Virus record (IMG/VR): IMGVR_UViG_3300043587_000032
Coordinates: 1 to 61,315 of that record
Direction: 5' to 3' (one strand)
DNA: 61,315 nucleotides
DNA from: a virus
Taxonomy: Duplodnaviria; Caudoviricetes
Made by a program: the position numbers and the translations under genes. This document shows, piece after piece, positions 55,711-61,315 of this stretch (positions are counted from its first letter, which is position 1; the number at the start of each line of letters is the position of its first letter). The notes beneath the pieces are model-generated. The model was not told the DNA's origin, searched no databases, and worked only from the letters and a program-made list of their open reading frames with translations.

Positions 55711-55755
55711 AAAGGCCCTCCTTACCCCGGGAAATCTCAGGGAAGGAGGGCCTTT
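55711..55755. terminator. Bidirectional terminator after traB
   Basis: AAAGGCCCTCCTT..AAGGAGGGCCTTTT. Confidence 0.8.
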
Positions 55756-55763
55756 TCGCAGCT

Positions 55764-56087
55764 TCAGGCGCCTTTGGGCGACGCTCCCCAGGGTCCGAAG
55801 GACTTCCAGACCTGCCGCGACACCACCACGGAGTGCGGATGCGCGCGCTGCCGCTTGATGGCCTGCGTCTTGTCCAGGGCCTTCCAGGTGGCCTCCGGGT
55901 CCTCGATGTCCTCGGTGGTGCCCCACTCCGTCACGGCCTCGATGCGGCCGGGGAACTGCACGGTGTCGAGCTCCTGCCACGGCATCGGCAGGCCCATGGC
56001 GTGGACCCGCGCCCAGTACTGGGCGCGGTCTTCGTCCGGGTCATAGCTCGGGTACTTGAACACGAAGGCGTGGCGGACCTGCGTCAT
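55764..56087 (-). CDS. Hypothetical protein
   Basis: GAGGA RBS; ATGA coupling. Confidence 0.55.
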   Translation of the reverse strand: MTQVRHAFVFKYPSYDPDEDRAQYWARVHAMGLPMPWQELDTVQFPGRIEAVTEWGTTEDIEDPEATWKALDKTQAIKRQRAHPHSVVVSRQVWKSFGPWGASPKGA

Positions 56088-56272
56088 GGCGCTTTCCTCT
56101 CGATGTCGGCGGCGAGGATGGCAATTGCGGTGGCGGCGTTTACCAGCAGAATCAGGGCCACGCCGATGACGTACGGCGACGCAGCGGACTCGTGATCGAT
56201 GGACGTGCAGAACCAGAAGAACGCGGTGCAGGTGGCGACCATCGCAAGCCTGGCGCGGATCACTTCGTCCAC
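56084..56272 (-). CDS. Two-TM membrane protein
   Basis: Hydrophobic segments. Confidence 0.5.
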   Translation of the reverse strand: MDEVIRARLAMVATCTAFFWFCTSIDHESAASPYVIGVALILLVNAATAIAILAADIERKAP

Positions 56273-56778
56273 CTGGCGAGCAGCTCGGCACCGACGACGG
56301 TGATGGCGCCGCGGACGCCGACGGCCTTGGCGTCGATCAGGGACTGGATTGCCCGGCGAGCCTGCGCACCCTCGAGGACGACCTCGGTGCCGGACACCAC
56401 GCGAACGCTCATGCGCTGAAGAACGGGATCAATGTGCAGGGTGCCCGCGTCGGCGTGCCGCAGCGCACCGAGCCGAAGGGGGGACTTGCGGGGCATGGCG
56501 CCCATGGCCTTGGCTCGCTTTCGCTCGTTGCCGAGATGGCTGCCGGTCTCCGAATTGCACGGGGTGCAGGCGGGACGGATGTTGCCGCGGACGTACCGGC
56601 CGCCCTCGACGCCGGGAGTGATGCGGTCCACCGAGATGGTCTCGTCGGTGACGAAGGTGCCACACCGGAAGCAGGGGGCCTTCGTGCCGTCGCCGAACTG
56701 CTGGAGCAGCCAGGCGCGGCGAATGCGGCGGGTTTGACTGGAGCCGCGGGAGTTGGTGTTCGAGGTACCTCGGGTCAT
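56260..56778 (-). CDS. HNH endonuclease
   Basis: CFRCG..VDRI.PG..GGRY..GNIRPAC.PCN. Confidence 0.8.
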   Translation of the reverse strand: MTRGTSNTNSRGSSQTRRIRRAWLLQQFGDGTKAPCFRCGTFVTDETISVDRITPGVEGGRYVRGNIRPACTPCNSETGSHLGNERKRAKAMGAMPRKSPLRLGALRHADAGTLHIDPVLQRMSVRVVSGTEVVLEGAQARRAIQSLIDAKAVGVRGAITVVGAELLARWTK

Positions 56779-57080
56779 TCCGGCCGCCGAATGGACTTGG
56801 CTCGGGCGACCTCAACCAGCGCACCGGAGGGCGTGCGCTCCTCGTAGATCACGATGGTCTCGCTCGCGCCCTGAGCTTTGCGCAGCGCGTAGGCCTCACC
56901 TTCGGCGCGCAGCTGGAGCGCGTCCCGGCGGTGGAGCTCGGTGCGCAGGATCTCGACCTCCGCGAGGATGGGATCCCGCTCAACGCGGGCGGGGTGAAGC
57001 GAGTAGGCCTTTTTCGTTTCGTAGAAGCGGGCCAATTGATCGTTTCGAAGGTCGCGCACGCTGTCTTTGGTGAGGTTCAT
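56775..57080 (-). CDS. Hypothetical protein
   Basis: Leaderless after TTGTCA-C6-AAAAT-G6-TAGCAT (57088-57116). Confidence 0.6.
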   Translation of the reverse strand: MNLTKDSVRDLRNDQLARFYETKKAYSLHPARVERDPILAEVEILRTELHRRDALQLRAEGEAYALRKAQGASETIVIYEERTPSGALVEVARAKSIRRPE

Positions 57081-57119
57081 GACGGGAATGCTACCCCCCA
57101 TTTTGGGGGGTGACAAGCC

Positions 57120-57824
57120 CTACTTCCCGGCGAGCTGAGCGAACGCATCCAGGCCATTGCTCACGCCCGTCCACCACGGCCCGCCAGCCGCCGCCACCGT
57201 CACCACGGCCAGGACACCAGCCGCGGCAGTCAGGATCCACGTCGCAATCACCTCACCCTTGACGATCGTGCCCGGCAATCCCCCCGCACGGAACCGCAGC
57301 ACCGACGGGTAGCCGACAGTGAACCAGCGCTTGCCCTGCCGTTTGACCAGTGGCCACGCCGGGTGCGGCACGCCGGAGAGCGTGCAGGCGTCGCCGATGA
57401 ACCAGACGTGCGTCAGGCAGCCAACGGTCACCGAGGAGCCCAGGAAGATGCCCCACGCCGCGTAGGGCGTGAACTGGAGCGCCGCGTACAGGCCGCCGCC
57501 GTGGATGAGCGCAAAGGCGGTGGTGTGCGTGAACGTGCGGTGACAGCCGGTCGGCCGATCCTTCTCGGTGCGCGTGGCCTGGTAAATCACCTCGGACAGC
57601 CACCGGTAGAACCAGCAGATCGCGGGCGAGAGCAACGGGATCATCTTCGAGGCGACGGCTGGCTTGTGATCGATGTCCGGCATGAGTGCACACAGGGCCA
57701 CCAGGATGGCGTAGACGGCATAGATCCCAAGGTGGCGCGCTGCCCCCTCCAGGTCGGGCGTGGGCACGAGCGGGGCAACGAGCAGGCCGGACACCACGCC
57801 GGAGACGAAGTGTCCCTTACTCAT
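57120..57824 (-). CDS. Membrane metal-dependent hydrolase (YdjM-like)
   Basis: GH, MPDIDH, HRTFTH, H...GDA.T..GVP motifs; multiple TMs. Confidence 0.8.
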   Translation of the reverse strand: MSKGHFVSGVVSGLLVAPLVPTPDLEGAARHLGIYAVYAILVALCALMPDIDHKPAVASKMIPLLSPAICWFYRWLSEVIYQATRTEKDRPTGCHRTFTHTTAFALIHGGGLYAALQFTPYAAWGIFLGSSVTVGCLTHVWFIGDACTLSGVPHPAWPLVKRQGKRWFTVGYPSVLRFRAGGLPGTIVKGEVIATWILTAAAGVLAVVTVAAAGGPWWTGVSNGLDAFAQLAGK

Positions 57825-57862
57825 TATGTCGTCCACCTCCCCACGGTGTGTACAGTTCCATC

Positions 57863-58357
57863 ATGACCAGGACCCGCAAGCCCACGCTCACAATTGCCGA
57901 CCATGTCCACCTGGCGCGGAGCGCTGCCGTCGGCGATTGCTGGCCGTGGCAAGGGAACATCGGCGATCAGGGTTACGGCCGTCGAACGGTCGCACCTGGA
58001 GTCCAAGTGAAGGCGCACCGCCTGATCTATGAGACCTACGTCGGACCAATACCTGAAGACCACACGCTCGACCACCTGTGCCACACGCGGGACGAAACGT
58101 GTCGCAGTGGTCCGAAGTGTCCACATCGAAGGTGCATCAACCCGACTCATCTGGAGCCGGTCCCCCAGCTGGAAAACTGGGAGCGTGGCCGATCGAAGTC
58201 GCGCGAGAACCGCGACAAGCGCGTGTGCTCGAACGGTCACGCGCTTACACCGAGCAACACCTACCGGCATCGGGGTCGCGGGGGAAAGCTGTACCGCCGC
58301 TGCAAGACGTGCATTCAGGCTCAAAACCGAGCCAGCGTCCTGCGGAACATTGGCTAG
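57863..58357 (+). CDS. Free-standing HNH endonuclease
   Basis: CWPWQG..GYG..AHR..DHLC..CINPTHLE..EN, plus CSNGH..CKTC zinc domain; TACAGT-N6-ATG. Confidence 0.85.
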   Translation: MTRTRKPTLTIADHVHLARSAAVGDCWPWQGNIGDQGYGRRTVAPGVQVKAHRLIYETYVGPIPEDHTLDHLCHTRDETCRSGPKCPHRRCINPTHLEPVPQLENWERGRSKSRENRDKRVCSNGHALTPSNTYRHRGRGGKLYRRCKTCIQAQNRASVLRNIG

Positions 58358-58374
58358 CTGGGCAGGCGCAGTCA

Positions 58375-58623
58375 TCAGTCTTCGCATCCTTCGTGGACGT
58401 AGCGGGTGTCGTCGTCTTCGGTCACGCCGACAATGGAATCCCCCGGCGTGATGCGCTCTCCACACTCCGGGCAGCGGCTGAAGTAGTTCGCGGAGAAGAC
58501 ATCGCCGACCTGAACTTTGCGGCCCGCGGTCGAGCGCATCGGATCGATGTTGCTGGCGGGGCGGCAGTGGGCGCAGTCGGACTTGAACAGGTACGTCCGC
58601 TCGCAGCGCTCGAGCTTGGTCAT
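58375..58623 (-). CDS. Small Cys-rich protein
   Basis: CAHC..CPECG..I..GD.I..H..C. Confidence 0.6.
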   Translation of the reverse strand: MTKLERCERTYLFKSDCAHCRPASNIDPMRSTAGRKVQVGDVFSANYFSRCPECGERITPGDSIVGVTEDDDTRYVHEGCED

Positions 58624-59203
58624 CAGGTCCTCCGGAGTGAGGGCGGCGCATCGGCAAGCGGGTCATCGGGGACGGCGAGCCGGTTCTTCCAGCCGTCGGC
58701 CGGTACGGACCAGACCTGCGGCCATCCGCTGGTGATGTCGATATGCACCGGGAAGCCGGGGTGCTCGACCAGGAAGCACACCCGGTCCTTCGTCTCGACG
58801 GCGCAGCGTTCAGCCACCGGTCACCAGCCCTCGGATCCTGCGGGTCTCACCGTCGATCTCATCGAGAATCGCCAGCATGGCGCCGGATTCCATGTCATCG
58901 TCGGCGGCGTTCTCGAGGTCAGCGAGGAGCTGTGAGAGCGCGCATAGGGCCTGGTCCATCAGTGCTCCAGTCCGGCGCGGTAGTGAAGCGCGAGCGGAGT
59001 GATAGCGAACTCCGGGCAAAGGTAGCCGTCCGGGTCGCCGACGCGGTAGCCGTCGGCAGCGTAGGCCTGCCACATGACGTTCCCTTGGCGGGCGATGGTG
59101 CCGACGGGTTCGCCGGTGCGAGAGTTCGTCACGTCGTGCCGGTTGGCGATGTGCTCAACGTGCAGGTGATCGAGTTTGGATGCGGGGCCGTTCAGAACTG
59201 CGG

Positions 59204-59413
59204 TCATGGTGTGGTGACCTCTTTCCAGATGGGGGCGCACACCTGGGGCCGGAAGGGCTGCGCGCCCTGCTTGTTCCAGTGTTGCGCGTCACGCTTGTTG
59301 AGGTGCCGAATACCCGTACGGGCCGACTTCGGATTCAGGAAAACGTGGTCGCTCGGGTAACCGCTTTTGTCGCACGGCATGTCGTTCGCGTCCACGATCC
59401 GGTACAAGTCCAT
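59204..59413 (-). CDS. Hypothetical protein
   Basis: Leaderless after the palindrome promoter at 59420-59448. Confidence 0.55.
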   Translation of the reverse strand: MDLYRIVDANDMPCDKSGYPSDHVFLNPKSARTGIRHLNKRDAQHWNKQGAQPFRPQVCAPIWKEVTTP

Positions 59414-59444
59414 GGGTCGATCTTCCCCCCCAAATTGGGGGGTG

Positions 59445-59969
59445 TCAACCCGCTTCGCCCAGCATCCTCCGTTTGCGCAAAACCCGCTGCACCGTGTCGC
59501 ACTCCTCGCGGTACAACCGCCCGCCCGGTGACCTCCAGCGACCATCCGACATCTTCGCCCACTCGCCCGGGTGATGGATGTCGGTGCGCTCCGTCCGGCC
59601 GTGACTGTGCCGACCGTGGCGGCTCGTGCGCCGCGTCGTCGCCAACGGGTCCGAGTTGTCCACCTCGGTCAGTTCGTCGAGCTCGTAAGGCTCGCCCTTC
59701 CAAGTCGCGTAGCTGGCGAGCTGCGCCTCCGTGAAGGCGGCCTGGAGCGCATCGAGGAGCTGGCGCGGCCCGGATGCCACGACGGCCCATCCGCGGGCCT
59801 GGTGAGTCGACACGCGTACCCGGCCGGGTGAGAGCACGTCGATGCGCACCTCGATCGACTTGACCTGGTGAAGCACCGGCGGCGGCCCGACATGCTCAGG
59901 CAGGCCGGGACCGACCGTGCCGTGAGGTCCGGGGCGGTGGGTCTCCCCCTGCCGCCGGATGTCGTTCAC
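59445..59969 (-). CDS. Conserved hypothetical protein after terL
   Basis: GTGA coupling, GAGGAG RBS; DGRWRSPGGRLY. Confidence 0.6.
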   Translation of the reverse strand: MNDIRRQGETHRPGPHGTVGPGLPEHVGPPPVLHQVKSIEVRIDVLSPGRVRVSTHQARGWAVVASGPRQLLDALQAAFTEAQLASYATWKGEPYELDELTEVDNSDPLATTRRTSRHGRHSHGRTERTDIHHPGEWAKMSDGRWRSPGGRLYREECDTVQRVLRKRRMLGEAG

Positions 59970-61315
59970 GTTCTCCTCATCATCGAACCGAGCCGCTCGA
60001 GGTTCACCGACTCCTGACTTTGCCGCGTCGGCAACGTGCCCTGTGCCGGGTTCAAACTGGGCTCGCCCTGGTTTGCCGAGAGTTGATCGATGGCGTGCAC
60101 CGCGGCGTCCATCCGGTCCGGCGAATCCTGCGACTCCTGCCACGCCACCATCTGATGCACGAGCTCCATGAAGAACCCCACGTGGTGCACCTTGCCGGTC
60201 TCGTGCAGCGGCGCCACCATCTGCGCGCGGAACGACTTGGAGCCGCGGGCGGTGAACCCCCTGATCGGGATTCCGGCCTCGGTCAGGCGCATCACCTTCG
60301 GGACGTGTGGCCATAGCTCTTTGAGGCCCCTCTCCATCGCCAGCACGTCTTCGGCTTCGGCGTCATCACGGCACAGTGCTTGGGTGGCTTGCTGGAGCAG
60401 GACTCCGTCAGGCAGCTTCGGCCAGGCCTTTAGGTTGCCTTGCAGCTGGTAGAGCTTCAGGGCTTCGCGACGCACGTCCTTCCAGGCCTGCTTCGCCGAT
60501 CGCCGCAGGCCGGACAGGGAACGCTCGTAGCGGATCGCGGTGGCGTCGTACTCGAACGCGGCGATGTGCGCAGCGCGGAACCAGGACGCCACGGACATGT
60601 GGCCGGACTCGTCGGCGAGGATGTAGTAGTGGCTGTCGATACCGCGGCCAGCCACGATGATGCCCGCTTCGTCGCCGTCGCCTTCGTTGTCGGCCGGGTC
60701 CACGAAGACCTCGGTTTTGAGGAGCTCGGGCGCTGCCTTGACGCGGTGGTTGTTGATCCACGCGAGCTTGAACACGCCACCGGCGGGCGGGTGCGGATCG
60801 GCCTGGTAGAGCGCCGACCAGAACCGCTCACCTACGCGGCGCTCAATGTCCTTCCAGTCCTCCGGCGTGCGGCGGCGGGTCGAGTTCAGGTACTCGCCGG
60901 GCTCCCGCCCGAGGGCGTCGTTCTTCTTTGCCTGCGCCGGGATGATCAGGTGGTGGAAGTCAGGCGTCAGGGCGAGGCCGTCTTGCCGCATGAGGTAGCC
61001 CATGAGGTCGTCTTCGTGCCATCGGGTGCCGATGATGATCACGATCGCGCCGGGGGACAGGCGGGTGGTGGCCACGGCCTGGTACCAGTCGAGGATGTGC
61101 TTACGCTGTTCCGCGCTGTCCGCCTGCTTCGAGTTCTTCACCGAGTCGTCGATGATCATCACGTCAGCGGATCGACCGGTGAGCGCGCCACCCACGCCGA
61201 CCGCGACCATCCCGCCGTTGCGGCGGCCCGGCCCGTCAATCAGGTTCCAGTTCGTCTGCTGCGCACGGTCGGGGTCGAGGATCAACCCGAGGTGGTCATC
61301 CTGGTTCCGGTGGAA
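59966..61315 (-). CDS. terL: Terminase large subunit, 3' part
   Basis: GGALTGRSAD.MIIDD, TRWHEDDL, ALYQADP, VDPA, SPDRMDA. Confidence 0.92.
   Translation of the reverse strand, partial: FHRNQDDHLGLILDPDRAQQTNWNLIDGPGRRNGGMVAVGVGGALTGRSADVMIIDDSVKNSKQADSAEQRKHILDWYQAVATTRLSPGAIVIIIGTRWHEDDLMGYLMRQDGLALTPDFHHLIIPAQAKKNDALGREPGEYLNSTRRRTPEDWKDIERRVGERFWSALYQADPHPPAGGVFKLAWINNHRVKAAPELLKTEVFVDPADNEGDGDEAGIIVAGRGIDSHYYILADESGHMSVASWFRAAHIAAFEYDATAIRYERSLSGLRRSAKQAWKDVRREALKLYQLQGNLKAWPKLPDGVLLQQATQALCRDDAEAEDVLAMERGLKELWPHVPKVMRLTEAGIPIRGFTARGSKSFRAQMVAPLHETGKVHHVGFFMELVHQMVAWQESQDSPDRMDAAVHAIDQLSANQGEPSLNPAQGTLPTRQSQESVNLERLGSMMRRT
61189..61315. repeat. Terminal direct repeat, copy 2
   Basis: Identical to 1-127. 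Confidence 0.95.

Overview
The window is a complete, circularly closed genome of a high-GC actinobacterial siphovirus. Bases 1-127 repeat exactly at 61189-61315, giving a unit length of about 61,188 bp, and the terminase large subunit spans that junction. Virion genes are of the two-capsid-protein type (hexamer plus pentamer, as in cluster-B-like actinophages): portal/MuF fusion, 2H-phosphoesterase/protease fusion, tail tube, chaperones, tape measure and minor tail proteins. These are split into four blocks by islands of small genes. The genome also encodes a GH25 endolysin and holin, a replication initiator and helicase, SSB, ERF, RusA, two WhiB proteins and three HNH nucleases. No integrase, ParA or LysB was recognised. 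The most striking feature is a + strand operon at 52.6-55.6 kb that looks like an actinomycete plasmid/AICE conjugation module: a small membrane protein, a DUF2637/Spd-like membrane-HTH protein and a TraB-like FtsK DNA translocase. It is overlaid by a very dense array of GGWCC (GGACC/GGTCC) words, suggesting a phage that may move its DNA between hyphal compartments or cells without virions. A second genome-wide system is about 21 promoters whose spacer is a C5-7/N5-7/G5-6 palindrome, mostly driving leaderless genes, with a tandem-RHH protein as candidate regulator. Also seen are a candidate structured ncRNA, an attenuator-like leader on the replication operon, a structured capsid leader and a probable -1 frameshift extending the maturation protease. 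All family calls are from motif recognition by eye; no database search was run.
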